Positions 14,723 through 24,446 of a stretch of DNA of 32,000 bases are shown one piece after another (the first letter of the stretch is position 1; every line of letters begins with the position of its first letter). A program made the translations under genes and the position numbers. The stretch is from Schaalia odontolytica. Lineage in GTDB: Bacteria > Actinomycetota > Actinomycetes > Actinomycetales > Actinomycetaceae. Under the pieces are notes generated by a model that searched no databases, was not told the DNA's origin, and saw nothing but the letters and a program-made list of their open reading frames with translations. The stretch is taken from contig NZ_CP040006.1 in NCBI RefSeq assembly GCF_005696695.1, forward strand, positions 2,130,001 through 2,162,000, read 5' to 3'.

Positions 14723-15169
14723 ATGACTCAGCCCACCCCCCAGCCCGGGCAGTACCCGCCCGCTGCCCCCGCACCCGCCGCCGGCGAGGCGCGTCCCAGC
14801 ATCGGCGCCCTCTTCGCGTCGGTCACCAGCCAGATCTCCAGCATCATCCGCGGCGAGATCGAGCTCAACAAGGCGAAGCTGCGCGCCTTCGCGTCCAAGA
14901 GCGGTAAGGGCATCGGCCTCCTCGTGGCCGCCGCGGTCTTCGCCCTCTACCTGCTGGGGTGGGTCTTCCACACGATCGAGGTCGCCCTCGAGCTCGTCGT
15001 CCCCGCGTGGGCAGCGTCGCTGATCGTCGTCGGCATCCTCCTCCTGATCGTGCTGATCCTCGCGCTCGTGGGCGCCAGCTCCCTGAAGAGCGCGCAGGCC
15101 CACCGCCCCGACCCGGCCGCGTCGGTCGCCGCCACCAAGGAAGCCATCGAGAAGGGACTGGGCAAGTGA
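14723..15169 (+). CDS. Actinobacterial holin-X / phage holin superfamily III-like membrane protein (148 aa)
   Basis: Pro-rich N-terminus, an amphipathic segment (ISSIIRGEIELNKAKL) and two TM helices. This is typical of the family found next to DUF3618 genes. Confidence 0.7.
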   Translation: MTQPTPQPGQYPPAAPAPAAGEARPSIGALFASVTSQISSIIRGEIELNKAKLRAFASKSGKGIGLLVAAAVFALYLLGWVFHTIEVALELVVPAWAASLIVVGILLLIVLILALVGASSLKSAQAHRPDPAASVAATKEAIEKGLGK

Positions 15170-15594
15170 GCACCAACCTCGATACGCGTAACGTGACCAT
15201 CGGCGAGGCCGCCCCCGCCGAGCCGCGCACGGAAGCCCAGATCACCACCGACCTCGAGCGTCAGCGCGCCGAGCTGGCCGCCACGATCGACCAGCTGTAC
15301 GCGCGCGTGCAGCCCGCTGCCCTCGCCCAGGAGGCGAAGGAAGAGGCCAGCGCCCGTTTCGCATCCTTCAAGGAGTCCGCGTCGCTGACCCTGCAGGACG
15401 CCGCCGGCGGTAACGCCGAGGCCCTCAAGAAGGTCGGCGTCGTCGCCCTGTCCGTGGTCGGCGCCATCGGCGTGATCGTCCTGCTGGCGACCCGCTCGTC
15501 GCGTCGTTCCCGCCGCGAGGCTCGCCGCGCCGCCCGCGAGGCCGCCGCGCACACGCTTCAGGCCCTCAAGTCCAACGTCACCGAGGCTCTGTAA
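15166..15594 (+). CDS. DUF3618-like protein with a C-terminal TM anchor (142 aa, GTG start overlapping the upstream stop by 4 nt)
   Basis: VSTNLDTRNVT...TEAQITTDLERQRAELAATIDQLYARVQP, a coiled-coil N-terminus followed by TM VGVVALSVVGAIGVIVLLA and RSSRRSRRE. The track ORF from 14959 overlaps the previous gene in another frame. Confidence 0.7.
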   Translation: MSTNLDTRNVTIGEAAPAEPRTEAQITTDLERQRAELAATIDQLYARVQPAALAQEAKEEASARFASFKESASLTLQDAAGGNAEALKKVGVVALSVVGAIGVIVLLATRSSRRSRREARRAAREAAAHTLQALKSNVTEAL

Positions 15595-15609
15595 GCATCA
15601 ACTGACGCA

Positions 15610-15660
15610 AACCGGCGTAACTCCGGCCACACTGGCCGCGGGTTGCGCCGGTTCTGTTTC
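15610..15660 (+). terminator. Putative terminator structure after the DUF3618 gene
   Basis: AACCGGCG ... CGCCGGTT encloses an inner hairpin CGGCCA-CAC-TGGCCG and is followed by CTGTTTC. Confidence 0.4.
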
Positions 15661-15828
15661 CCCAGTTTCGTGGGAATACGCGCCCAGCGCGCCGCTCCGC
15701 TGAGCGCGCAAAACCCAATCCAAGGTGAGGTCAAGGCCAGTCATTAGCTATGATGGTCCCACGAAACATTTTGAACACCCAGGGAACCGCTTCACGCGGA
15801 CCCGAACGACGCGGAGGGGGTCGACGCC

Positions 15829-16107
15829 ATGGGGCGCGGCCGTCAAAAGGCTAAGCAGATGAAAGTCGCTCGGAAGCTGAAGTATTTCAGCCCCGACACC
15901 GACCTAAACGCACTTCAGCGCGAGCTGGCGGATGAGGACTCGTACCTGGCACACGTGCCGGCGGACGAGCCCGAAGAGGACGATGCGATCGACGACGACC
16001 TCTACTCGAAATACGCCGACTTCGCCGAGATGCCCGCGGAAGAAGACGACATCGATCCGGAGCAGCTCGATGAGTCCTTCTGGACGGGTGGATCCTCCAC
16101 TAAGTAA
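15829..16107 (+). CDS. DUF3073 family conserved actinobacterial protein (92 aa)
   Basis: Hallmark N-terminus MGRGRQKAKQMKVARKLKY followed by an acidic C-terminal half. Confidence 0.85.
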   Translation: MGRGRQKAKQMKVARKLKYFSPDTDLNALQRELADEDSYLAHVPADEPEEDDAIDDDLYSKYADFAEMPAEEDDIDPEQLDESFWTGGSSTK

Positions 16108-16121
16108 CGGCTCAGCCACAC

Positions 16122-16144
16122 GGCGGACCGAGAACCGGTCCGCC
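16122..16144. terminator. Hairpin between the convergent DUF3073 and purM genes
   Basis: GGCGGACCG-AGAAC-CGGTCCGCC (9 bp) followed by GCTTTGG on +. Confidence 0.5.
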
Positions 16145-16307
16145 GCTTTGGCGTGCCCACACCACTATTTCTGACGGGCGCAGACACGCCCGCCCGCACG
16201 CGCACAAAAGCACGCGCACGCTACGAGGGGTCGAGGCCCGCAGGCCTCGACCCCTTTCACGCACTCAGCGCAGGCGCGCGGCTCAACGCCGCGCAGCGCA
16301 GCACAGC

Positions 16308-17468
16308 TCAGCCCACGCGGTACTCGCCGTGCAGCAGCACGGCGCCCGCCTGGACGCCCTTCGTGCCGGAGATGAGGCGCACGCCGGAGGAATCAGCGCC
16401 GAGGTCGGCGACCGACCCGAAGCCGGCCACGGTTCCGTCGGCGGCGGCCGACGTGACGGAGCCCAGGACCCACGCGGCCACCCCGGCCTCGTTGATCGCG
16501 GACAGGACCTCGGAGGCCACAGAGGCCGAGACGACGGCGACCATGCCGACGCCCAGGTTCAGGGAGTCCTCCATGCCGACCCAGGTGACGTCGCCGCCGC
16601 GGCGCACCCAGTCGAACACGGCGGGCACGGTCCACGTGGAGCGGTCGACCGTCGCCACCGCGCCGACAGGCAGGACGCGCGACAGGTTCGCGGCCAGGCC
16701 GCCGCCGGTCACGTGCGAGTAGGCGTGGATGCCGCCGACGCCGAAGCGCTCGACCAGGTCCAGGCACAGGCGCGTGTACAGGCGGGTGGGCTCGAGGAGC
16801 TCCTCGCCGAGGGTGCGGCCGAACTCGGCCACGTGGGACTCCAGCGAGGCGCCGACGCGGGAAACGACGGAGCGCACCAGCGAGTAGCCGTTGGAGTGCA
16901 GGCCGGAGGAGGCCATGGCGATAACGACATCGCCGTCGGCCACGCGCTCGGGGCCCAGCAGCTTGGAGGCGTCCACGACGCCGGTCGCGGCGCCCGCGAT
17001 GTCGTAGTCGTCGGGTTCCATGACGCCCGGGTGCTCGGCGGTCTCGCCGCCGATGAGGGGCGTGCCCGTGGCCTCGCAGGCGCGCGCGATGCCGGTGACG
17101 ATGGAGGCGATGCGCTCGGGGACAACGTGCCCGCAGGCGATGTAGTCGGTCATGAGGACAGGGCGCGCGCCGATCACGACGATGTCGTCGACGACCATGC
17201 CGACCAGGTCCTGGCCGATCGTGTCGTGCACGTCCATGGCCTGCGCGATCGCGATCTTCGTGCCCACGCCGTCCGTGGAGGTCGCGAGCAGCGGCTTCTC
17301 CATGCCCAGCAGCGCCGACGCGTCGACCATGCCGGCGAATCCGCCGGTCGCGCCCAGGACGGTGGAGTCGTGGGTGGCGGCGACCGCGCTCTTCATCAGC
17401 TCGACGGCGCGGTCGCCCGCAGCGGTGTCGACGCCGGCTGTCGCGTAGTCCAGGGGGGTATCGGTCAT
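16308..17468 (-). CDS. purM: Phosphoribosylformylglycinamidine cyclo-ligase (AIR synthetase), 386 aa
   Basis: YATAGVDTAAGDRAVELMK..., DGVGTK, GGETAEHPG and HSNGYSL are PurM hallmark blocks. Confidence 0.95.
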   Translation of the reverse strand: MTDTPLDYATAGVDTAAGDRAVELMKSAVAATHDSTVLGATGGFAGMVDASALLGMEKPLLATSTDGVGTKIAIAQAMDVHDTIGQDLVGMVVDDIVVIGARPVLMTDYIACGHVVPERIASIVTGIARACEATGTPLIGGETAEHPGVMEPDDYDIAGAATGVVDASKLLGPERVADGDVVIAMASSGLHSNGYSLVRSVVSRVGASLESHVAEFGRTLGEELLEPTRLYTRLCLDLVERFGVGGIHAYSHVTGGGLAANLSRVLPVGAVATVDRSTWTVPAVFDWVRRGGDVTWVGMEDSLNLGVGMVAVVSASVASEVLSAINEAGVAAWVLGSVTSAAADGTVAGFGSVADLGADSSGVRLISGTKGVQAGAVLLHGEYRVG

Positions 17469-17567
17469 GGGTGGTGCCTTTCGCGGATGGCGCTCGACGA
17501 GGCCGTGTCTGGGTGGACGGGGTGAGAACAGCGCCCGCGGCGCCGGGTGGCGTCGCGGGCGTGGAGG

Positions 17568-19115
17568 TTAGCAGGGGGTGGCGTCGGGAGTTCCGGGCAC
17601 GGGCGTCCCGGCGGGAATCGTCTCCGGGTATTCGCCGGTGAAGCAGCCGATGCACAGGGACGTGCCCTGTCCGGTGGCACCAACCATGCCGTCGATCGAC
17701 AGGTAGGCCAGCGAGTCGGCGCCGATGGATTCGCGCACCTGTTCGACGCTCATCGACGAGGCGATGAGCTCGGCGCGCGTCGGGAAATCGATACCGAAGA
17801 AGCACGGCCACAGCACCGGCGGGGACGAAATGCGGATGTGCACCTCGGCGGCCCCGGCCTCGCGCAGCATCTTGACGAGCGCGCGCTGCGTGTTACCGCG
17901 AACGATCGAGTCGTCGATGACGACCAGGCGCTTACCTTCGATAACCTCGCGCAGCGGGTTGAGCTTGAGGCGGATGCCCAGCTGGCGCAGGGACTGCGTG
18001 GGCTGGATGAACGTGCGGCCCACGTACGCGTTCTTCACGAGGCCCTGGGCGAAGGGAATCCCGGACTCCTGCGCGTAGCCGATCGCGGCCGGCGTACCCG
18101 AGTCGGGCGTGGGGATCACGAGATCCGCCTCGATGGGGTTTTCGCGCGCGAGGGCGGCACCCATCTCGTGGCGCGCGGCGACGATCCGGCGCCCGCCGAT
18201 CGTCGTATCGGGGCGGGCCAGGTACACGTACTCGAAGACGCAGGTGTTGGAGCGGCGCACGGCGAAGCGGCGCGAGTGCACGCCCGACGCGTCGATCGAG
18301 ATAAGCTCGCCGGGCTCAACCTCGCGCACGAAGGTCGCGCCACACAGGTCCAGGGCGGCGGTCTCGGAGGCCACGACCCAGCCAGAGGCCAGGCGGCCCA
18401 GCACGAGCGGGCGGTAGCCGTGCGGGTCGCGCGCGGCGTACAGCGTGTTCTCGTCCATAAAGACCAGGGAGAACGCGCCCTTGATGCGTGGCAGGACCTT
18501 CAGGGCGGCACCGACGAGGGGCGCGGGCTCTAGGTCGTCAGCAACCGACGAGGCCGGGGCGGCCTCGTCCCCGTCGGTCTCGGAAGGCGTCACGGACGGC
18601 GACGCGATGAAGGGGGTCGGCCCGGGGATGCGGTCGGCCATGCCCAGCAGCGCGGTCACGAGGGAGGTGTCGGTGGAGGCGCCGCGTTCGAAGTCCTCGC
18701 CGTCGTCGGCGATCTCGGAGGCCAGCTCGCGCAGCTCGACCGTGTTGGTGAGGTTGCCGTTGTGGGCCAGGGCGAGCGTGCCCGTGGGGGTGGGGCCCAG
18801 GGTCGGCTGGGCGTTGCGCCACACGTCCGCGCCGGTCGTCGCGTAACGGACGTGGCCCAGGGCGATGTGGCCGCGCAGGCCCTGGAGGGACTGCTCGGAG
18901 AACACCTGAGAGACGAGGCCCTGATCCTTGTACACGAGGATCTGCTTGCCATTCGACGTCGCAATACCGGCGCTCTGTTGGCCGCGGTGTTGCAAGGCGT
19001 AGAGGGAGAAGTAGGTCAGGCGGGAAACGTCCTCGCCCGGGGCCCATACTCCGAAGACCCCGCAGTGATCATGCGGGTGATCGTCTCCGAAGAGTTCCTG
19101 GGCGGACAGTGTCAT
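17568..19115 (-). CDS. purF: Amidophosphoribosyltransferase, 515 aa
   Basis: N-terminal nucleophile context HCGVFGVW, YALQHRGQQSAGIA, a PRTase motif VVIDDSIVRGNT and C-terminal Fe-S cysteines. The start is moved to the ATG at 19115 (MTLSAQELF...), 33 codons inside the track ORF. Confidence 0.93.
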   Translation of the reverse strand: MTLSAQELFGDDHPHDHCGVFGVWAPGEDVSRLTYFSLYALQHRGQQSAGIATSNGKQILVYKDQGLVSQVFSEQSLQGLRGHIALGHVRYATTGADVWRNAQPTLGPTPTGTLALAHNGNLTNTVELRELASEIADDGEDFERGASTDTSLVTALLGMADRIPGPTPFIASPSVTPSETDGDEAAPASSVADDLEPAPLVGAALKVLPRIKGAFSLVFMDENTLYAARDPHGYRPLVLGRLASGWVVASETAALDLCGATFVREVEPGELISIDASGVHSRRFAVRRSNTCVFEYVYLARPDTTIGGRRIVAARHEMGAALARENPIEADLVIPTPDSGTPAAIGYAQESGIPFAQGLVKNAYVGRTFIQPTQSLRQLGIRLKLNPLREVIEGKRLVVIDDSIVRGNTQRALVKMLREAGAAEVHIRISSPPVLWPCFFGIDFPTRAELIASSMSVEQVRESIGADSLAYLSIDGMVGATGQGTSLCIGCFTGEYPETIPAGTPVPGTPDATPC

Positions 19116-19315
19116 GTCTGGCTGCGAGACGGGAAGCACGCTCTCACTCTCCCATACTTTTCCCCTCCTCGTGGCATATATCCACGTTGTGGCGAGCACA
19201 CGCAGGCCCAGCAAACACGACGCGCAGCGCGTAATTGCGCACGCTTTGCGGGGCAGAATCGGTCTCTCCAGTGTCGAGATGACACAATGGAGTGCAGCAA
19301 TCTTGAGGAGGAAAC

Positions 19316-21820
19316 GTGGCCAATCCGACGCTGAGCGCCATCATGTGGGGACTCGCCCTGCTGGTGAGCGCTGTGGCCGTCCTGTCGTTCGCGCGAGGCC
19401 TGACGCACATGTGGCGCACGGTCTCGGCGGGCACGCCCGATCCGGGACGCCTGACCCCCGTGGGCAAGCGCCTCTGGGGCGTCGTCTCCGCAGCCCTCAC
19501 GCACCGCGAGTTCAAGGGGCGGCCCTGGATCAAGGCCGCCCACTGGCTCGTCATGGTCTCCTTCCCGATCCTCTTCCTCGCCCTGGTCACGGGCTACGCC
19601 CAGCTGCGCGTCCAGACCTTCACGCTGCCCCTCCTCGGCCACTTCACGCCGTGGGAGTGGCTCACCGAGGTCTTCGCCTGGGGCGGTCTGGCCGGCATCA
19701 TCGCCCTGATGGTCGTGCGCCAGCGCGCCGGGCGCGGCACGGCCGCCGAGGCGGCCCTCTCGAACGACGACCCCGACGCCGCTGCTGCCGCGGCCGACCC
19801 CGAAGGAACCCCGCCCTCGTCCCTGGCCAAGCCCCACCCGCGCGATTCCTCCCCGCGCGGCCTGGCCTCCCGATTCCTCGGCTCGACCCGCTGGCAGGCG
19901 CTCTTCGTCGAGTGGGTCATCCTCATCGTGTGCGCGTGCGTCGTGGCCCTGCGCGGCCTCGAATACGCGCTCTTCAGCGTGACCCCGGGCCTCGAGGCCC
20001 ACGCGAGCGCCCTGCACTTCCCGCTCACCGGCTGGCTCGGCGCGCTCTTCGCAGCCGCGGCCTCCTCCTCGGCCGCCTCGCTGGCTAACGCGATCGTGCT
20101 GGTCAGCGCGCTCAAGGTCATCACCTCCATGACCTGGCTGACGGTCGTCGGCATCCAGACGGGCATGGGCGTCGCCTGGCACCGCTTCGTCGCGATCCTC
20201 AATCTGTACACGCGTCGCAACGCGGACGGCACGAAGTCCCTGGGACCGGCCGACCACATGCTCATTGACGGCAAGCCCGTGACCAGCGAGGACGACTTTG
20301 ACGACCTGCCCGAGGACACGGTCCTCGGCGTGGGCACGATCGACGACTTCTCGTGGAAGGCCCGCCTGGACCTGTACTCGTGCACCGAGTGCGGCCGCTG
20401 CCAGGAGCTGTGCCCCGCGTGGAACACCCAGAAGCCCCTCTCCCCCAAGCTGCTCATCATGGGCCTGCGCGACCACATGGAGTCCGCCTCCAACGTGCAG
20501 ATCGTCGAGCAGGAGGAGGGCCACCAGAAGCTCGAGGACGGAGAGGTCCTCCTCGACAAGGGCGTGCCGGCCTCGCCGCACTCCTTCGACCTGGTGTCCG
20601 CGCTGTCCCTGTCGGGCGCGACCGGCCCCGAGGGCGTCTCCGCGGTGACTGCTCCCCTGGTCCCCGAGGTCGTCTCCGAAGAGGTCCTGTGGGACTGCAC
20701 GAACTGCGGCGCCTGCGTCGAGCAGTGCCCCGTCGACATCGAGCACATCGACCACATCCTCGACCTGCGCCGCCACCAGGTCCTCATGGAGGGCGCGTTC
20801 CCCCGCGAGCTGGGCCGCGCGTTCCGCGGCATGGAATCCAAGGCGAACCCCTACAACCAGCCCGCCCGCAAGCGCATGGAGTGGGCGAAGAAGCTGGACT
20901 TCGACATCCCCGTCGTCGGCGAGGACATCGAGGACGCCTCCGAGGTCGACTACCTGTTCTGGGTGGGCTGCGCGGGCGCCTACGACGACACGGCGAAGAA
21001 GACCAGCGCCGCCGTCGCCGAGCTGCTGCACACGGCGGGCGTGTCCTTCGCGGTCCTCGGCTCGGGCGAGTCCTGCACGGGCGACCCGGCCCGCCGCGCC
21101 GGCAACGAGGCGCTCTTCCAGATGCTGGCCGCCCAGGCCATCGACACGCTCAAGGAAGCCAAGCCCCAGAAGATCGTCGTCTCCTGTGCGCACTGCTTCA
21201 ACACGATCGCCGGCGAGTACCCGGAGCTGGGCGGCTCATTCGACGTCGTCCACCACACGCAGCTCCTCAACCGCCTGGTGCGCGACGGCCTCCTCACGCC
21301 GGTGGCCCCCACTTCCGCTGCATCTACGGGTGCGGATTCCACGGACGAGGCCGGGGCACAGTCCGCGGGCAGTGCTCCCTCGGTCGGCGCACCCCTGAAG
21401 GTCACCTACCACGACGCGTGCTTCCTGGGCCGCCACAACCGCGTCTACGAGCCGCCGCGCGAGCTCGTGGGCTCCCTGCCAAACGTGGAGCTCGTCGAGA
21501 TGCCGCGCAACCGCGACCGCGCGATGTGCTGTGGAGCGGGCGGCGCGCACGCCTGGTTCGAGGAGACGCGCGGGACCCGCATCGCGGACGCCCGCATCGT
21601 CGAGGCCGCCTCCACAGGCGCGGACGTCGTCGCGACGGCCTGCCCCTTCTGCTCCCAGATGCTCGGCTCGGCCTCGGGTACGTCCGCCGGCTTCGTCTCC
21701 TCCGACGCCAACCAGGGCGGCACGAACGCCGAGGGGGCCACTGCCTCGTCGGGCGGGAAGCTCCCGGAGGTGCGCGACGTGGCCGTCATGCTGCTCGAGT
21801 CCGTCAAGCGCGGCCAGTAA
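19316..21820 (+). CDS. Membrane-anchored (Fe-S)-binding oxidoreductase, HdrD/GlpC-like with two CCG domains (M. tuberculosis Rv0338c-like), 834 aa, GTG start
   Basis: The N-terminal polytopic membrane domain is followed by two ferredoxin-type motifs, CTECGRCQELCP and CTNCGACVEQCP. Cys-rich CCG-type segments are present (VGCAGAYDD..SCTGD; MCCGAGGAH..ACPFC). A GAGGAGG RBS lies 5 nt upstream. Confidence 0.88.
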   Translation: MANPTLSAIMWGLALLVSAVAVLSFARGLTHMWRTVSAGTPDPGRLTPVGKRLWGVVSAALTHREFKGRPWIKAAHWLVMVSFPILFLALVTGYAQLRVQTFTLPLLGHFTPWEWLTEVFAWGGLAGIIALMVVRQRAGRGTAAEAALSNDDPDAAAAAADPEGTPPSSLAKPHPRDSSPRGLASRFLGSTRWQALFVEWVILIVCACVVALRGLEYALFSVTPGLEAHASALHFPLTGWLGALFAAAASSSAASLANAIVLVSALKVITSMTWLTVVGIQTGMGVAWHRFVAILNLYTRRNADGTKSLGPADHMLIDGKPVTSEDDFDDLPEDTVLGVGTIDDFSWKARLDLYSCTECGRCQELCPAWNTQKPLSPKLLIMGLRDHMESASNVQIVEQEEGHQKLEDGEVLLDKGVPASPHSFDLVSALSLSGATGPEGVSAVTAPLVPEVVSEEVLWDCTNCGACVEQCPVDIEHIDHILDLRRHQVLMEGAFPRELGRAFRGMESKANPYNQPARKRMEWAKKLDFDIPVVGEDIEDASEVDYLFWVGCAGAYDDTAKKTSAAVAELLHTAGVSFAVLGSGESCTGDPARRAGNEALFQMLAAQAIDTLKEAKPQKIVVSCAHCFNTIAGEYPELGGSFDVVHHTQLLNRLVRDGLLTPVAPTSAASTGADSTDEAGAQSAGSAPSVGAPLKVTYHDACFLGRHNRVYEPPRELVGSLPNVELVEMPRNRDRAMCCGAGGAHAWFEETRGTRIADARIVEAASTGADVVATACPFCSQMLGSASGTSAGFVSSDANQGGTNAEGATASSGGKLPEVRDVAVMLLESVKRGQ

Positions 21821-21874
21821 CGCACGCGCACGGCGCGCACGCCACAGTGCGCACCGCACGCAAGCCCCACAAAC

Positions 21875-21916
21875 AAAAGGGTGGCCCCGCAGGAACACCT
21901 GCGGGGCCACCCTTTA
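21875..21916. terminator. Bidirectional terminator between the convergent Fe-S oxidoreductase and mop genes
   Basis: AAAAGGGTGGCCCCGCAGG-AACA-CCTGCGGGGCCACCCTTTA, a perfect stem of about 18 bp with A/T runs on both sides. Confidence 0.85.
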
Positions 21917-21927
21917 ACGAAAGAAAA

Positions 21928-22140
21928 TCAGTCCTCGACGCCGACGATGACGTTGGAGGCCTTGATAACGGCGACGGCCTTGGAGCCGACGGTCAGGCCG
22001 AGCTCCTCGATGGCGGAGTTCGTGATCGACGAAGAGATGACCAGGCCGGGAGCAACCTCGATCTTGACGATTCCGTTCACGGCGCCCTGAGAGACCTCAA
22101 CGACGGTGCCGGGGAGCTGGTTGCGTGCAGAGAGCTTCAT
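21928..22140 (-). CDS. mop: Molybdenum-pterin-binding (Mop/TOBE domain) protein, 70 aa
   Basis: MKLSARNQLPGTVVEV...GSKAVAVIKASNVIVG is a canonical single TOBE/Mop domain. Confidence 0.88.
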   Translation of the reverse strand: MKLSARNQLPGTVVEVSQGAVNGIVKIEVAPGLVISSSITNSAIEELGLTVGSKAVAVIKASNVIVGVED

Positions 22141-22216
22141 GGTGTGCCCTTTCGTTCATTCGGGTATGTAGACACAGACACACTACCGGGCGATGCACGC
22201 GGCGTCTACAGCTGAC

Positions 22217-23812
22217 CTATTCCCCGTCCTCCGGGGAGATTTCCTCGAGACCGACGAGGAAGCCGTCCTCGTCGATGACGTTGCCGCCCACGAGCGTTGC
22301 GATCATTCCGGCGGCCTTCTCCACGTCCTGGGTCGAGCGCAGGCGCTCGAGGCGAGCGGTGCGGCTCATCGTGCCAACACCGGGCGTCGGCGCGGAGGTG
22401 GGCAGCCAGCGGACCTGATATTCGATGATGGCTCCGGCCGTCCACGGCTCCCAGCGCAGGACGCGCGGCGGCGTGGGCACGGCGTGGACCTCGATCATCA
22501 TGTCCGAGCGGTGGCCGATCGGGCTCATGAGGGCGTAGCCGTCGACGACCTGCGGCTTGTCACGCTGTGCCTCGTGCTCCTCGCGGGCCTTGGCGATCTT
22601 GGAGGCGATGTCCTTGCGAACCGGGCCCAGCTCGGCCTTCAGCTTCTCGATCTGGGCGATCTGCGCGGGGGTCAGCGGGACGGGCTTGGGAGCCTCAGGC
22701 GTGATGTCGCGCGCGTCCTTCATCTGCTCGAAACCGGCGCGCTCACGCATCGCGGAGAGCAGGTCCTCGGGGTTGATCCAGCGCGGCGAGTACACCGTCA
22801 GGTTCACGGCCGAGTCGGCGTCGGGGACCATGACGTAGCCGCTGCCCGCGATGCGCAGTCCGCCCGCGAGGCGGCGGGCCATGCGGCGCAGCGCCTCGAG
22901 CACGCGGTACTCCAGGCCCGTGGGCAGGCCGTCGGGGAACGCCTTGTCCCACTCGCCCATGACGCCGTTGTTTTGCTGGCGGGCGGGCGCCTGCGGGCAA
23001 CGCAGGACCCACGCGTTGGACAGCGAGGCCGGGGTGCCCAGCGCCGCGCGCGTCGGCTGGTCGAGGGTCCACGGGCCCTCCAGCTCGGCGTCGGAGGAGA
23101 GGCGCAGGCGTCCCGGGGCGATCCATCCGGCCTCGTCCCACATGGAGATCGCAAGGGCCTCGAGCTCGGCGGGATCAACCGCGTCGGAGACGAGGAACAG
23201 ATGATGCTCGCGCGCAACGTCCAGGTCGATGACGCCGGCGGGCTCGCTCACCTCAATGGCGGCGGCGATCGGGATAGTGGCCTCAGCGCTCGTGACTTCA
23301 CCGTCGGCCGCGATCTGGAAGGCAGCATCCGTCGAAGTCATCGTCGTCAGGCCGACGTTCGTCTGGGTGAGCGGGTTATCCGTCGCGCTCATCGGCGTCG
23401 GATCCGCGAACGAATGGTGGGCCGAGGCCATGCGTTCCTTGAGGGAACGCCTCACCGGCGCGGCCTGGGGAGCCTCGTCCCTGTTGGTGACCTGCTCGCG
23501 CGGCGTCATACCGGGCAGTGCAACACCCTGAATGACGCCCGTGCGCGTCTGACTGGGAGCCACCGGGGGGATGCCGACCTCGGCCTCGTGACCGGCGCTT
23601 CGCTGCGGCGCGACCTGCACCTGAGGAACACCCATGACGGGCGTCGGCTCGGGCGGCTCCGGCGGGGGCGGTGCCTGCAGGTCAGCCGGCTCTGGAGCGG
23701 GCGGCTCCGGCAGGTCGGCGGGATCCGGCGCTGGCGGATAGCTCGCCTCGCGGGCCGCGCGCTCGGCGCGCATGCGTTCAAGCCGGGAGGGCGGAGGAGG
23801 AAGAGCCGACAT
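22217..23812 (-). CDS. Hypothetical protein with a Pro-rich N-terminus (531 aa), family not recognised
   Basis: Long ORF with protein-like composition in its C-terminal ~350 aa. It is co-directional and tightly spaced with dcd (6-nt gap). The antisense 768-aa ORF is an R/G-rich shadow. Confidence 0.7.
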   Translation of the reverse strand: MSALPPPPSRLERMRAERAAREASYPPAPDPADLPEPPAPEPADLQAPPPPEPPEPTPVMGVPQVQVAPQRSAGHEAEVGIPPVAPSQTRTGVIQGVALPGMTPREQVTNRDEAPQAAPVRRSLKERMASAHHSFADPTPMSATDNPLTQTNVGLTTMTSTDAAFQIAADGEVTSAEATIPIAAAIEVSEPAGVIDLDVAREHHLFLVSDAVDPAELEALAISMWDEAGWIAPGRLRLSSDAELEGPWTLDQPTRAALGTPASLSNAWVLRCPQAPARQQNNGVMGEWDKAFPDGLPTGLEYRVLEALRRMARRLAGGLRIAGSGYVMVPDADSAVNLTVYSPRWINPEDLLSAMRERAGFEQMKDARDITPEAPKPVPLTPAQIAQIEKLKAELGPVRKDIASKIAKAREEHEAQRDKPQVVDGYALMSPIGHRSDMMIEVHAVPTPPRVLRWEPWTAGAIIEYQVRWLPTSAPTPGVGTMSRTARLERLRSTQDVEKAAGMIATLVGGNVIDEDGFLVGLEEISPEDGE

Positions 23813-23818
23813 CGGGTA

Positions 23819-24400
23819 TCACCGTTCGATGCGGGTGCGCGTAAAGCGCTCGTGGGTGCGCGAGGGCGTCGGCCCGCGCTGGCCCTGGTAATGAGAGCCG
23901 AGGCCACTGGAACCGTAGGGGTGCTCGGCCGGGGAGGACAGGTCGAAGAAGCACAGCTGCCCGATCTTCATGCCGGGGTAGAGCAGAATCGGCATCGTCG
24001 CCGTGTTCGACAGCTCCAGAGTCACGTGGCCCGAGAAGCCAGGGTCAATGAAGCCCGCCGTCGAGTGAGTGAGCAGGCCGAGGCGGCCCAGGGAGGACTT
24101 GCCCTCAAGGCGCGCGGCGATGTCGTTACCGAGGGTCACCAGCTCGTAGGTAGCGCCCAGGACGAACTCGCCGGGGTGCAGCACGAAAGGCTGATCGGGG
24201 CCCACGTCTACCTGGTGGGTGAGGTCCGACTGGTCCGCCGCCGGGTCGATCACCGGGTAGCGGTGGTTATCGAAGAGTCGGAACAGGCGATCCAGGCGCA
24301 CGTCGATGCTGGCCGGCTGGACCAGGTCCCGGTCGAGCGGGTCGAGCTGGATACGTCCAGAGTCCAGAGAGGCCTTGATGTCGCGGTCACTGAGCAGCAT
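23819..24400 (-). CDS. dcd: dCTP deaminase (probably the bifunctional dCTP deaminase/dUTPase type), 193 aa
   Basis: [21 protein letters not shown]..., [31 protein letters not shown]. Confidence 0.93.
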   Translation of the reverse strand: MLLSDRDIKASLDSGRIQLDPLDRDLVQPASIDVRLDRLFRLFDNHRYPVIDPAADQSDLTHQVDVGPDQPFVLHPGEFVLGATYELVTLGNDIAARLEGKSSLGRLGLLTHSTAGFIDPGFSGHVTLELSNTATMPILLYPGMKIGQLCFFDLSSPAEHPYGSSGLGSHYQGQRGPTPSRTHERFTRTRIER

Positions 24401-24446
24401 GACTCGATTGTCGCATACTCAGCGCCGCGACAACAGCCTCAGGGGG

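Noticed and set aside
16329-17811. 398-aa + strand and 472-aa minus-strand ORFs overlapping purM
   Set aside because: These are R/G/H-rich or R/P-rich shadows. The PurM frame is clearly identifiable.
19112-22215. Long alternative-frame ORFs over the Fe-S oxidoreductase gene (693 aa minus strand, 620 aa + strand and others)
   Set aside because: The translations are R/G/P-rich with no motifs. The 834-aa + frame contains ferredoxin CxxCxxCxxxCP and CCG motifs.
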